The notes: generated by a model from the letters alone, not told the origin. DNA of 64,000 nucleotides from Hydrolagus affinis (GCA_012026655.1 JAAILG010000231.1:1-64000), one strand, 5' to 3'; positions 1 to 12,970 are shown, counted from the stretch's first letter. Translations and numbers: made by a program.

Positions 1-77
1 AGCTCCCGCCCACAGACCCTTAGAACCCCACCCCCGAGCCCACTCCTTCCCCACAGGTTTCCAGTGTAGTCACTAAC

Positions 78-158
78 CTGCTGGGTAAAGCGAGCCAGTG
101 AGTGGAGAAGTTGCCGAACGCTCTCCGCCACCCCGGCCTCCAGCTCTGGTGTCGCCAT
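78..158 (-). CDS. MBIP: Probable first coding exon of MBIP (MAP3K12-binding inhibitory protein); the gene continues off the left edge
   Basis: Minus-strand ATG at 158 (gtcATGG) reads MATPELEAGVAESVRQLLHSLARFTQQ (27 codons), followed by a phase-0 donor CAG|GTTAGT at 77. It lies in a GC/CpG-rich island. The end resembles the human MBIP N-terminal segment ...LYEIFRSLHTLVGQ as recalled. MBIP is the conserved same-strand neighbour 3' of NKX2-1, so the call rests mainly on synteny. Confidence 0.72.
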
Positions 159-270
159 GACACCGTCCGTCAGTAAGACCGCAGCTGATTGGCTGGAGTG
201 CGGGCCGTGACGGGTCCGCCCACATCCCACAATGCTTGGCGGTGAAGCCCAGCCTGACATCAGGGCAGTT
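159..270 (-). promoter_or_regulatory. CpG-rich housekeeping-type promoter of the putative MBIP gene
   Basis: ATTGG (CCAAT on the minus strand) at 188-192, GC box CCGCCC at 216-221 and a ZNF143/Staf-like TCCCACAATGC at 225-235. CpG is dense, in contrast to the CpG-poor sequence that follows. Confidence 0.62.
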
Positions 271-459
271 AGGTCTGTTTGTGTAAAATACAGGAGATTT
301 AGATTTGACACTCCATAGTTCTCTTTGACAAAAAAGGAAGAGGAAATTCAAAGTTGGACATGCAGGTTCTTCTAATTATAAAAAGCCTGACTCAGTCGCG
401 CACACATTGTCGATAAGACGTGGAAAGTGCTAAATAAATGTAAGGATTATTATTATTAT

Positions 460-800
460 TGTTGGGCGTTCAAGCCAATTCAAGTCAGGTCTTTGAACAC
501 ATAGAGTCTAGGCTGACACTGCAGTGGAGCACTGTATTGGGATCGCAGCCTTGTCCGAGTGCTATTTTGTGGGTCAGACGTAAAGCCAAGGTCTCACGTC
601 TACCTGTTCGGGTAGATGTTAAAGGCACTATTGGAAAATTAGTCTTTGCCACCAATACCCCCCCACCCACCCTCCCAAACAAATGAAATTGATCATTTGT
701 TTCATAGCTGTGAGACATTGCTGTGCTGAATTGGGCTGTCACTTTAACCTACAAATGCATAGTCACGTCGCTTCACTGTAAATCCTGCTTTGGGATATCC
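460..800 (+). mobile_element. Degenerate Deu-domain (SacSINE1/AmnSINE-like) SINE
   Basis: Contains ggctgacactgcagtg...cagacgtaaagccaaggtct...gtagatgttaaaggcacta...gtgagacattgctgtgc...aattgggctg. It is similar to other copies in the window (3775, 21355, 26160, 57315). Confidence 0.55.
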
Positions 801-804
801 TTTT

Positions 805-912
805 GATTCGCCCACAAACTATACAGTCAATTCACTTTATAGTATATTCTGTGAAGTGCTTTAAGACATCTAGAAGACGTGAAAAGGCACTATGCAAGGC
901 TTGTTATTATAT
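805..912 (+). mobile_element. 3' portion of tRNA-derived SINE (family A, TTA tail)
   Basis: ttcgcccacaaactatacagtcaattcacttt...gtgaagtgctttaagacatctagaagacgtgaaaaggc matches the 3' end of the copies at 12606 and 47913. Confidence 0.8.
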
Positions 913-3774
913 CCTCCTGATATGAAAGGTACTATGGCAAATGTAAGGATTATTTTTATAAACCTGGGTCTTGCTATAAAATTTGTGCACATTTGAGTGC
1001 TGCACATTCAAATTACATTATTAGATTATTATCAATTCATATTATCAGTGTACATTATAATAATCTTTCCATTTAACATGTGACCATATGAAGTCATCCA
1101 AAAATATATTTTATAAAAGATGGATATCCTCAACCTCCAACTTCCACTATTTACAAACACTCCGCATAAATCATTGCAAAGTTAACAAAGTGCATGATTT
1201 GTGCTGTATCCTGACATAACTGGCTCTTCTATAACCAAAATGTCCTTTAGAAAATATGTGAATTATCCCTTACATCAAAAAGCAGAATCTGGTTAGTTTT
1301 CCCATGAATATTCTTTCAAAATAATAGCATTTCCATTTGGTTGATACAATATTTTTTTCAAATTTACCTTCAATTTAAAAAGCACAGACCATTGAATATA
1401 GATAATTCATGTTTAATGAATGCGTCTTTTTCTATAGCAGATGATTTTCGTGAGAAAAAATATTTTAAAAATATTATGAAGATATGCAAGGTAGCTTAGC
1501 CTGAACGTTCTTTATTTATATCTTTTTACACAAAGTTACACAGTGTGACAAACTACTTTCAAAAAATCTGAACAGCAGAAATAACCCAAATTTCACCTCT
1601 ACATTATTCTACAAATATACTAAAAATTGCAAGCTGGTTATAGTTGAGAACTTGTCATGGATGTAGCACTGCAGTCTTAAAAATAATTAATTGCATTGTA
1701 ACTGTTTTCTTTTGATTTTGGAGACCAATGTCTTCAACTAATTATTGGGAATATCTGTCCACGTTTCCCTACACCCCCCAACCCCCCCACCCCCCATGAA
1801 TCAAAACTAATGCAATGTTTATGGTCTCCTCCTCCCCAAAACCCATGTACATACCGAATCAAAAGATGGATGTTCGCCAGGTCATAATAAACTGTTCCTT
1901 TTTCAGGTACCGTATGCTTTTTTGGCTTTTTTGTGTGAATAGGAAATGGCTAAAGGCACCTGTGTTATGCAGGTTCCAGGGGCAGCTGCTTGGCTAATGA
2001 ATGCCTGATTATGTGTTAGCATGCTTTGTCAGATATTGGCAGAATCTTTTCTGTTCCCCTTTGCCTTTTCAGTGAGGACGCCATTGACAGACGGGTTACC
2101 ATTTATAAAAATGTTGTCCATCAAACTGGGGAAAGACAATAGTGTTTTCTGTGGCTAGTGACTGTGGGAAACTTTCCTTTGGCTATTCAGACAATTTTAG
2201 CTTACATTGGACAGAACAGACTGATGAGTGCAAAAGAGTTCAATTAGGAAAAGCTCGTCTTATACTAATAGTTACAGCGTCATCTGGCATTCTAATGTTT
2301 TAATTGCAAAAAAAAACGTTTTCAGAATCCCAGCAGTTCTCAACAGGGTGTGTTCTGTGCTAGTAGATGTCTCTTGGAGTATGTATTCTACATGCATTCT
2401 CAGTTAAGTAGCTATTTAAAAATTCTCAATAGCATTATTTACTCTCAGAACACCTACAGTATGACAGATTTTTATAACATCACATGTGTGCATATAAAAG
2501 GTGCAAGATCATTGTGCGTTAGCAGGTGGCAGATGTAACCAAACCACACTGAACAAAATGTGGAAGCATCATTTTGTAATGCCACTAAAGCCTTTTTCTG
2601 GCATGAAATACATGCTCGTAGATAATTCTAAACAACCACACAGGTTCTCAGTTTACTTAACTCTGTCCTCATGCTACGACAAGGCCAATGATAGCAAGGT
2701 TTTTGTTCTGCAATAAAGCTGTACTGAATATGCAGAATCCTTCCTACTTTTTTACCAATCACTGAACCTGAAGAATAGTCGTGAAACCCAACAAAAAAAG
2801 CTGAGAGAAAAGTTACCTCAATATAGAGGTGTAGCTCCTCTACCATTATTTAGTGGTGGTTGGTGAAACTACAAAAAGGGTGTTTCACGCATGCGTGGAA
2901 GATGTCATCACATCAGGTGTGCAATGTCTGTGCATGGTGTGAGGACATCATTATGTCATGATGTGATTATGTTATGCCCAAACGTGGAACAAATTCTCTG
3001 AAAATAAAGCAAACGAAGATTTTAAAATATAAAGCCCTGAGCTCCACTGTTAGCAGCTTTCAATTCTCAGCACTGTCAGTTGAGCATCATGTACAGTATA
3101 GGGCAACTGAAGACCTAATATAAAAGAAGTGTAGGACCACTAACTCGAACAAAGGAGTAACTCATGGATTAGTAATAGATTGTGAAGCCTGGAAAAGATG
3201 GTACAGATAAAATAATTTTTTCACTGGAGGAGACAAAACCTCAGCAAGCTATCTGTACAACGATTAAATCAGCATCTGTAAATGAAAGACAGGTTGCTCC
3301 ATTTCCCATGTCTTCATTCTTACTCCTCTTGCCATCTATCCCTTCACATGAGAACAGTAATAACAGAGTGAACTTCCTATCAGCCATTGTAACCACCAAA
3401 TAATACTCTACTACCTGTATGATTATTCCAATTGCCCCCATTCCCCAGTAGATGTACCTCTTACCATTACCCCCAACATTGGCTCCTTTTTGTGTATAAC
3501 CTTCAATCAATGTATATTGCCTGTTCATGGTACAATCTATTCCATATGAGACAAGGGCTAGATTGGGAGACCACTTTACTGAACATCTCTGTTCCTTCCA
3601 CAAACATAACACTGACCTCCCTGTGGCTTATTATTTCAACATCCACTCTCACTCTGACCTTTGAATTCTACTTCAGTGAAGATCAGTACAAAGTCAAGGG
3701 CCATTACCTGATCTTTATTGGGAGGAAACTCTTCAGCCTACAAATCTTGTGACCGACAAACATCAGGTGTCAAT

Positions 3775-3912
3775 CTAGCTCAGTTGGTAGTACTTCTGAG
3801 ATAGTGGGTCAAATCTCATGTTGAGACATTGAGCTCATATTCTGGACTGACATTCCAGTGCAGTATTGGGGGTGCTGTGCATTGTTGTAGGTGTTGTCCT
3901 TTGGATGTTTAG
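3775..3912 (+). mobile_element. 5' part of degenerate Deu-type SINE
   Basis: tRNA-like head tagctcagttggtag, then gactgacattccagtgcagtattgggggtgctgtgcattgttgtaggtgttgtcctttggatg. Confidence 0.55.
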
Positions 3913-6900
3913 ATACAGATTGGCAAGAACCAAAGCTTGGAGACTCCACAGTGTGCATTGGGATACAGGTGGAGTTTAAACAGCTAAAACGGTGCAATGA
4001 AGCAGTCGGAAGCATCCATCAATATGCTGTCAGAAGATGTGTCTTACAGAGTGAAACTACTTTGGGCCCCTTTCATAGACCTCATAGTGACCAGTTACAG
4101 AACATCAGTGGCAGAAGCAATGACAAAGGGCTAGAATTACATCACATTTCCAATTTTGGGGCAAGGCATGGTTCATGGCACAGAGTGCTTTAAAGAAAAA
4201 GGAAAGAAGTAATAATAAATAATCAATAACAATAATAAAGCAACAGAATAATTCTTCGGTACATGAAGTAAAATCTATTCAGGTTAAAAAGTTAACTTAA
4301 ATGTTTCTTCTGTGATTACAGGTCTTAAAATGGTTATTGGATCTTTCTCGAATGCTCACAGTGTTGCAAATTGATTTTTCTCAGCTGAAGTGAAGGTCAT
4401 CTGCAGCTATGAGAATCTGCTCACAGAAAATGCAATGCACAGCAGGAAATCTTTGAAGGGCAGAAAGAGAATGTTTGCCTACTAGGTTAGTAGATTTAAG
4501 ATCCAATTAGGGAGTCCATTGTGAACCCAAATGCTATTTCCATGCAATAATGTGATCAGAGAAGCATTAATTACTTTCCTAGGGAGAGTATATTGTGTCT
4601 TTGTTGTATGGTTTTAACAACCATATACTGATATAATTGAGTTGTTAAACATGTTAGAATAATAATTGATGGACATGTGCAAGGATTTAGCAAATTAAAT
4701 GAATTGTAATGTTATAGTAAAATGGAAAACACCAAATAAGTAATGTTGACATTTATGATTATAGATATTGTGTAGAAATTATAAAAGATGTTATATATAA
4801 ATTAAATGCACGCATGCTAAATAACAAAATGAAAACATTCTTTCTAATATTAATTGAACTTCCAATTTTTTTGCATCTGAACACAATTTATTGTTAAAAA
4901 ATTATTGATTTTAAAAGAAGCATCACTAAAATCACTAAAACTGTTTGATTTATTATCATAAATACATGGGTTATAATACATTATTTTGATTGGCCACATT
5001 GTTCCGACAGACAATTCCAATAAAATGTATTACGGTAATCATATTAGATACAAGATTAATGCATTATTATAATAAATTATATTGCTAATATTTCACATAG
5101 TGTACTCTAATGAAGGAAGGAAGTGGGTTGATATTCTGGAAGGATCAGATTAATGTGCCAAATGTCTGATACACCTTGTGCCTGTTGGTGGTACATTGCT
5201 ATGTGCAAATTGGCTGGAAGTCTTACAGTAAATCCTGTGAAGCACTTTGCAAGGTTCCCTAACATGAAAGGAGTTGTGTCATGTGTATGGAATATTATTT
5301 TAGGTAACCTTTTTAATTTCAATAACTCTTGGGACATTTACAAGTAAGCTACCTTGTTCTTCAAGATATGAATACTGTTTTGGTTACTTAATTAAGCAGT
5401 GATGTGGTATAAATTAAATGTTGTGTAAATTGTACTCTGGCAACGTACAACTTGCTCAAGCACTATTAGTGTGGAGGCGAGGACATGGATTTGCCACTTT
5501 GATCTTCACACTGTGAGCATTCCAAATTCAACCCTTATTAGAAAACAATCCATGATCATCCCAGTTGTTTTACTAAAAGGAAGAATACGAAAGCTGAAAT
5601 ACGAATGACATCTGGCAGTTCCCATTCACATTTCTTGTTGCTGGCACAAGAGCAGAAGCAGCAGAGCCATTTAACTGGGGAAGGATATATAAATTCAGTG
5701 ATTTATTGAATTTAAATGCACATGGATATGTGCAAGGATTTAGCAAATTAAATGAATTGTATAAATTCAGGGATTTATTGAATTTAAATGTTTCCTTGCC
5801 CGTTATTGGATCAACTGTTCTGTTCTCAGACCTCACTGAATTTGCTCATCTTCATTTCTAGGTAAAGAGAAATCATCCACAGTCCCTGTTCCCAGTTGCT
5901 ATCATTGTCTTAGGCTCACACTGGAAGAAAGGTCACTTGGACAAAATATCATATTGCTGCTGGCATCAGTGGACTCTTACCCCAGCAGATTCTGCAGCTT
6001 CTGGAAAGTAATTGGTAATGACTGAAGACCTTCTTTTTCAGTCTTTATCTCTCTCTGTTCGACAGTGCTCACAGTCACCCACTCCCTCTTGTCGGCTCCG
6101 CCACTGTTAAGCCCTTCAAGATGCTGCTGCGTATGAAAGGCACTATACAAATGCAAATTGTTGTTGTTGTACATCAAGATAGGGGAACTTCTCACTAGCA
6201 ATTTCTTGTCTGCATCCTAATTTATCATTTCTAGATTTAAGGTGAGATTTTTTTGTGCTTTTGCCTCACACCTCATCGATGATGCTTTTTTTTCATGCTT
6301 TCTCTTTTTAAAGAGGTGCCAATTTGTACTGGGATTAAACACGTCAGCCAACAGTACCCTTCCAATGTGATCATTCTTCTAGTGTGAGCATAGATAACAA
6401 CAGTTTGCATTTATATAGCGCCCCTCACACAGGGTAGTGTCCCAGAGATCTTTTAATAACAGTGTTGTTAGGCTTCCAAGTGTAGATTCACAGCTGAGCC
6501 TGAGCTTGTTGCGACTCAACATTCACACATGCACTCTTTCCGGCCAGCATCCCTGGCTGATGTTTCTCCAAGGAAAGGGTAGGAAATATAACTGTGAACC
6601 TGAGATCAGCACAAACAAGGAATCAAACATGTAACTTCTGGTCCATGTGGTTTTAAAGATACGTTTGCGGTGCCTTTTAACCATTGACTCATTTGAATCT
6701 TTCATTGATGATGTATTTGAACATGTGCACCAGTTGCTGGATCACACCACCCTGTTGATTTAGTTTTTATTGAAGAAAAAACTTATACTGCAATAGTGAA
6801 TAATATAGATAGGAACATATGTACATGATATTCCTTTAGTTACTTTATATTTTGCATTAATTATTGACTTAAACAGTTGACCACTTTGATCAAAGCAACT

Positions 6901-9711
6901 AATGCACAGAAAAATCAAGGTGAGCAAGCTGTAAACAGAACATGTGGACACTTCTATGTATTTGTGCTGCATGCTGTAACTTACTCAGATTATCATACAT
7001 ATTATCAATCCTATAGTCAACATATAAAGTTAATCAGGTTAGGTGTTTGCATAAGCACAGCAGCCATTGTGTACATTCCAGCTGTTGCAGATCTCAATCA
7101 GTAACTTTGCACCCATTGATGTTGTCATAGTGTTTAATAAAATCATTTAATTGAATTACAAAAGAGCACTTAATCTTAAAAATATTACAGACTGATTGCT
7201 TGAAGTATTAAATCCCCCAAATCACATAATTCGGATATTCCAAAATAAATGCTTGATGTTCAGAGATTCTAAACATTGTTCTGTGGACAGAGTCTTGATT
7301 AACAGGGTCTTACTTTTGTGATGACATTTTGAAGTCTTGAACTGTAAGATAAAGCACTTTAAGATCATTGGTGAAGCTGGTCAAGAGGCTGAACATCTAC
7401 TGTTGTTTTCAAAGCATATTTAACCATCGTTTTTTAAAATGTAATCTTAACATTTAAAAACATTTTTGGAATCATAATGTTTTCTATCTATAGTATATAT
7501 ATTTTTTTAGCACCTTATCAATTTTTATTTTTATGAAAGTATTTGCTGCACAAGTGAAATATACTGTAGGTTACATTTGCTGGAAAGCAAGGTTACTTTC
7601 TTGGCTTCTAGTCAAGCACATTGATTATTTATTTATAATTGTCAAAACTTTTTTGGAAGTATTTATTCATTAAGATGAGTAATGCAAATGTTGAGAAATG
7701 ATATATTAGGCAAGATACATTATAATATTACTGTAACGATTCCACTTACCTCAAGCACAAATAAACACCCTCAATGTCTCCAATCTGCCAATTCCATCTT
7801 TCAATTGCTATTCTGCAGATTTAGATTTACCACACTGATGAGCACAATATTTTGCTGCATGTTTCCTGCAATGGAATCAATTAGGATTGGTAAAGTTCAT
7901 ATCACTTTAGGAAAGAGAAAACATTTTCATTCCTGCAACTGGGATTTGATCAGACCACAGGTCCTGAGAACAGAAACAATAATGTCTTAAAAAAAGCAGT
8001 CTGGACCAGTAATTGTGTAACATTGCTCAGATTTGTTTTCCTGTAATTCTAAACTTCAACCTATCATAGACTAACAAGGATCATTTAACTCTGATGGATT
8101 CAAGCACATCATGTGAAAATAGATGATCAGTAAAATCATTTCTGCAGCCTACATATTAAACTTTTCATGAGATCAATATAAGCAAAACTGTTGGCACAAT
8201 GGCATCCAAATGTAAGAAACTTTAACACACGAGAAGCCTCATACTGTGTTGAAAAAAATGCATAGACAACATTTGCCTTATATCAAAGTACAACATTCAG
8301 CAACCTCTAACATACAAGGCAGATTGGTGGATGACTCTCTTTACTATTAAGGAACATACCGGAGAAATAGTACAACACAGGGCACATGGTCAGAAATTCC
8401 TATTGCCATTAAATGTAATGACTTTGACAATGTGAACTTATACATTGCTACACATAGCAGCAAGGTCAACTATTTGTCTTTTCATCAATCACAAATGGGC
8501 ATAAACAGAAAATATCAGTCTGCTGGCTAAATAAGGAGCCCAACCAATTTGATAAAATACATAAACACTCTGCAAGAATACTGATTATTAGCATAAAATT
8601 GTCCATAAATGCCCAACATGAATCACCAAATTGAGATAATGCTGATAATGCTGTCCAGCAGAAAGCACAGCTTTGGTACAAAAGAAACTGGTAAATGTCT
8701 ATCCTGATAATTCAGGGATAGGGCTTTGAGGTTAATTAAAAAAAAATCTAAGTTGATAGTTGCTGAAATTTGGAGCTGAGCACTTTAATTCAACATCCAG
8801 TCAAGATAAATTTCTGTGTGAGTCAAGCAGTCAAAAGTATTCACTGTACCATTGTGCTACTTATGTATTTGATATGCATTCGTATTATCTGAAAACTCCA
8901 ATGACTAACTGAAAATATATCACAGGAAGCCAAATTTTAAAAATATAGTCAAAACTAAAGCATAACAATATTACTTGCAAGAGTAAGGCTTCCTTTCTAC
9001 ATAGTAAAATATTGACTGCACTGGGACACAAACATTTTACAGTCGATAAGATCAAATTCTTCACTCTTTCAATATTAGTTTAGCCACGAGTTAATATTTC
9101 TCCAGATCTCAGCTGACGCAACAGCATGACACAGACATTCTTCCTGTATTTAAGCCTTTAAAGCCAACATGTTTAATAGGTCTTTAAATGTTCATGTCAA
9201 TTTTAATCTGTCTGTGCTCATCAAGGTAAGGGAACATAGGCTGGGAGAATAAACAGTTTGCATTTCTGATATCCACTATCCAAATCAAGAACCTTTACGT
9301 TGAGTACAGAAGATTAGATAATTCCTTTTATTCTGATGAAGCATTGTGTCTTAATCTGAGCCTCAGAAGAGTATCTCCTTTTGATCCAGGGTGACATTAC
9401 AATTTCCCATTTCCTGTTTTCTTCAGGACTCCTTTGAGGTTAATTTTATCTGAATATTAATCTCCCTGTCCATGTTTCAACCTTCGCTGAAATTATGAAT
9501 AATTCTCACCAACTCGATCTATTTAAAAGTCCAACATATTTAGAACTGTATGCAATCAGAAGTATTTTTCAAGCATTAAATTACAATGTTAATTTGATAG
9601 TTCACTTCCTGATCGAATTTCTTGAATATTTCTGGCAAAAGTGAAACTTTGTATTCACTGAACCCTCAGAAACTTCAATCAATTTCAACAAATCGTTAGG
9701 CTGTTGCCAGC

Positions 9712-10940
9712 TCAGGTCAAAGTGACAAATGATATTCTGCAACCAAGGCTCCCTCTGTCTCCTTGTCCTCCTTGATCTCTCTGTTACCTTCTATACTGTT
9801 GAGCACTCTATCCTCATCCACCCCGTCTCCTCTCACCTCAAGCTTCATGATTATGTCCTTATGTAATTCAGATCCTAGCACTCCACTTCATCTCCACAAA
9901 CAGTTGCTTCTCTAATCCCCACATCATCTTGTGTTGAGTTCCTCAGAGCTCTGTCCTTGGTTCCCTCCTCTTGAATTTCTACATGCTCCATCTTGGTGAC
10001 ATCATCTGCAGACATGGGGTCAACTTCAACATGTAAGCGGATGACACCCAACTGTATCTCTTTGTCTCCACCCTTGACTCCAGGACCACTGCTGGACTGA
10101 TAGGATGTCTGTCAGAAATCGAGGACTGGATGAGAGCTAACATTTTTGAGTTGAGCATCAACAAGACCCTCTTGATTGGCTCTCTTCAGCGCCTCCTCAA
10201 CTCAGGCACTGAGAGCATCACCTTCCAAGAATGCACACTCTACCTGCTAAACCAGTTCACAACTTTGGCGCCTTGTTTGACCCACAAAAGTCCTTTCTAC
10301 TCCATATCCGTGCCATTTCTCAAACCCATGGGCTGTCATATATACATTCATAACATCCAGGTTTGAGTATACTTTTTGACCTTCCCATCCCCTCCCTCTG
10401 TTGGCTGCAGATGATCCAGAACTCTGCAGCCACTGTCCTCTCCCGCATCAGGCTCCATGACCCTATCATCCCCACCATCTCCCAACTCCACTGGCCTCCC
10501 ATCACACAGAGGATACAGTTCACAATTATGGTCCTCACCTTCAAAATCGTCCATGGGATCACTACCACCTACATCTGTGACCTCCTAAACCCTTTCCAAC
10601 CTGTCTGCTCCCTCCGCTCAGCAGGCTCCAGCCTGCTTCACTTTCTCCACCTTGCCCATCCCACCATTGGCAGACAGGCAGGCATTCAGCCACTCTGCCC
10701 CCACCTCTGGAACTTTATCCAGCAGTCTTTCCACTTCACCCCCTCCCTTACTCTTCCTTCAAGGCACATCTCAAGACCCTCGTCTTCGATCTTGCTTTTG
10801 ATCACCATTCTGCCCCCCTGCCTTCCACCCTCCCCAACCCTGACCCCTAACTCAGATCCGAAACACTGACTGTCCAGCACTTTGGGACATACTTGAGACA
10901 AGGTCAGCATTACACCAATATAATTTTGATGTTGTTGTTG
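9712..10940 (+). mobile_element. Decayed 5'-truncated L2-clade LINE (reverse transcriptase domain to 3' tail)
   Basis: Translatable RT motifs VKVTNDI, LCLLVLLDLS, VPQSSVLGSLL and HGVNFNM*ADDTQLYL (the YADD tyrosine codon is a stop). The C-terminal L2 motif LQMIQNSAA...PIIPTISQLHWPPITQRIQFTI is in ORF 10363-10869. It ends in a (GTT)n tail near 10930-10940. Confidence 0.9.
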
Positions 10941-11090
10941 GGCTTTGCCATTTTAAGGCAACTGATTTACTAAAAATAAGCCCTTGCATCTTTCAACTCA
11001 GAGTTCAGAGCCTTGGGAAATGTTCCTGACATGAAAGACTCTATACAAATGTAATTTGTTGTTCTTGTCTTATTTGATATTATATATTTC

Positions 11091-11228
11091 AATAATAATA
11101 ATCCTTGCATTTGATATAGCGCTTATAACATCTTCTAGACATCTAAAGGATTTCACAGAATATACCGTAAAATGAATTGACTGTATATACAAGGGTGAAA
11201 TTGCGCACAGCAGTGTCCTACAAACAGT
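11091..11228 (-). mobile_element. 3' portion of SINE family A
   Basis: aataataataatccttgcatttgatatagcgc...ttcacagaatataccgtaaaatgaattgactgtat...attgcgcacagcagtgtcc is the reverse complement of the family A 3' half. Confidence 0.82.
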
Positions 11229-12197
11229 AGGACACTTAATGTAGAATATCACATTCCACTTAATGTAGAATATCACTTTGGGTGTCTCAAAACTTTAAGA
11301 GAAGGCTGAAGAGAACCTTCCTCCAGATACAGTTACTAACCCTTCCCTTAAGAAATGTCATCAAGCAACAACATGAATCTGGTTTTTCATAGTTGTTGAA
11401 TTTTTTAAGTCTGTCGTTGAACCACTACAACAAATTACACTTGTGTATCAAGCTAGTATCAAAGGCCCTCATCATTCAGTCCTCCAGTCAGTTCAATTTG
11501 TGTACCACACTCTCAGAAGAGGCAACCACAAGAATTGAATGCAGTCAATCTCTTCAACTAAAATTAGAGAAAGTGACCTTCTGTGGTCACTGGAGAGTCA
11601 AACTTAGTAGATACACCAAAGAGGTGATAATATCAGTAAGTTACGCAATTAGTATTTTATGACATGAAAAAAGTTGAACTTTGGGGATTTTTCTACAATC
11701 ACCCTGTACTATACCGAAAGTAACTCAAATCACGAGGGAAAATAATAAGTTATGATTTAGATAACAGTGCTTTAAGCTTTGCTGCAATCAGTACAGTAAA
11801 GTTCTTATCATAACTGTAAAATGATAATGTGGCAGTTAACTGCTTTAGACATTTGAGTTCTATAGTATTATCATTAACTGGTAAAGTACTTGTTTATCTT
11901 CCATTACAATTTGTACAGTTTTAAACCATTAAGAAGAGGAGCATAATTGCTGACAAGCCTGGACCACTGCAGAAATCACTTCCTTGTTGACAGCAATTTT
12001 TCTCCTCGACCTAAATGTCACAGATTTCTGATTTGTGCAAATCTGTTATGGACTCATCAGTTGATTTACTGCACCTGTCACCTGTGTGCTAGCATTCTAC
12101 TCAGGATCAATTTACATAACCTCATTTAATGGTTCACAAATCATGCCCATTAAGCCTGGCTAACAGGAGCCGAGAGTTCTAATTTACTCTGCCTTTC

Positions 12198-12336
12198 NNN
12201 NNNNNNNNNNNNNNNNNNNNNNNNNNNNNNNNNNNNNNNNNNNNNNNNNNNNNNNNNNNNNNNNNNNNNNNNNNNNNNNNNNNNNNNNNNNNNNNNNNNN
12301 NNNNNNNNNNNNNNNNNNNNNNNNNNNNNNNNNNNN
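12198..12336. other. Assembly gap (139 N)
   Basis: Run of n characters. Confidence 0.99.
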
Positions 12337-12605
12337 AATGCATAAGGGGGCCGTTTGCCAGCGATGCTAGAGTGACAGTTGCATACTTGCTCTGAGATGA
12401 TACTTGGGAGCAAGACAAAATGGCAAATATTGAAAACAGTAGCTAACTGGGATTTTTGTTTTCTAGAACCTTTTCAAAGTGAACACAAAAGTAACGGCTG
12501 ACTTGGCTTTAATACATCTGTGCTTTAGATGGGGATTTAATTCTGTGTATTCTTTATCAGTGGTGACAGGAAATACATTGTTACGCTTCTTTTTCTGGAA
12601 GTCAT

Positions 12606-12970
12606 TGTGGAGTCCTGTAGCTCAGTGGTTGGAGCACTTGCCTCACAAGCGAGAGGACCTGGGTTCTATTGCTGGGCAGGACAAAATGTTGGGGAAGTTT
12701 CCCTACTCCACACGCTTCCATTTATTTAACAGCAAGTAGGAACCCAGTTGTTAGTCGATTGGCGGATACTTTTCCAGGGGTTATGATCCCTTCAATAATA
12801 ATAATAATAAATTGGTTACTCAATCCATGTATTTGTGGGACACTGCTGTGCACAATTGGCTGCTGGGTTTCGCCCACAAAGCATACATTCAATTCACTTT
12901 ACAGTACATTCTGTGAAGCACCTTGAGATGCCTCGAAGACGTGATAAGGCAAATGCAAGGATTATATTAT
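12606..12970 (+). mobile_element. Full-length tRNA-derived SINE (family A)
   Basis: Head tgtggagtcctgtagctcagtggttggagcac with A-box and degenerate B-box ggttctattgc. Central Deu-like tttgtgggacactgctgtgcacaattggctgc. L2-like tail gtgaagcaccttgagatgcctcgaagacgtgataagg...aaatgcaaggattatattat. Confidence 0.88.

Noticed and set aside
73-351. 92-aa minus-strand ORF from the ORF track
   Set aside because: Non-ATG start and a different frame from the ATG-initiated, donor-terminated exon at 158-78.
2500-2535. CTCF-like motifs (ttagcaggtggcag here; ccgggaaggggcgcca near 46648-46665)
   Set aside because: Each mismatches core positions and cannot be supported without PWM scoring or ChIP data.
5688-5790. 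CRISPR-like repeat-spacer-repeat (31-bp repeats, about 41-bp spacer matching a nearby sequence)
   Set aside because: Only two repeats, vertebrate context, no cas genes, and the repeat and spacer are themselves weakly related. A local duplication explains it.
10363-10869. 168-aa ORF (and the 164-aa ORF at 24493-24987) as host genes
   Set aside because: They are L2 ORF2 remnants with frameshifts and stops.
12150-12418. ORFs spanning the N-run
   Set aside because: Artefacts of the assembly gap.
12606-12690. tRNA gene calls at 12606, 47913 and 58850
   Set aside because: The A/B boxes are SINE heads continuous with SINE bodies and tails, and there is no complete cloverleaf.
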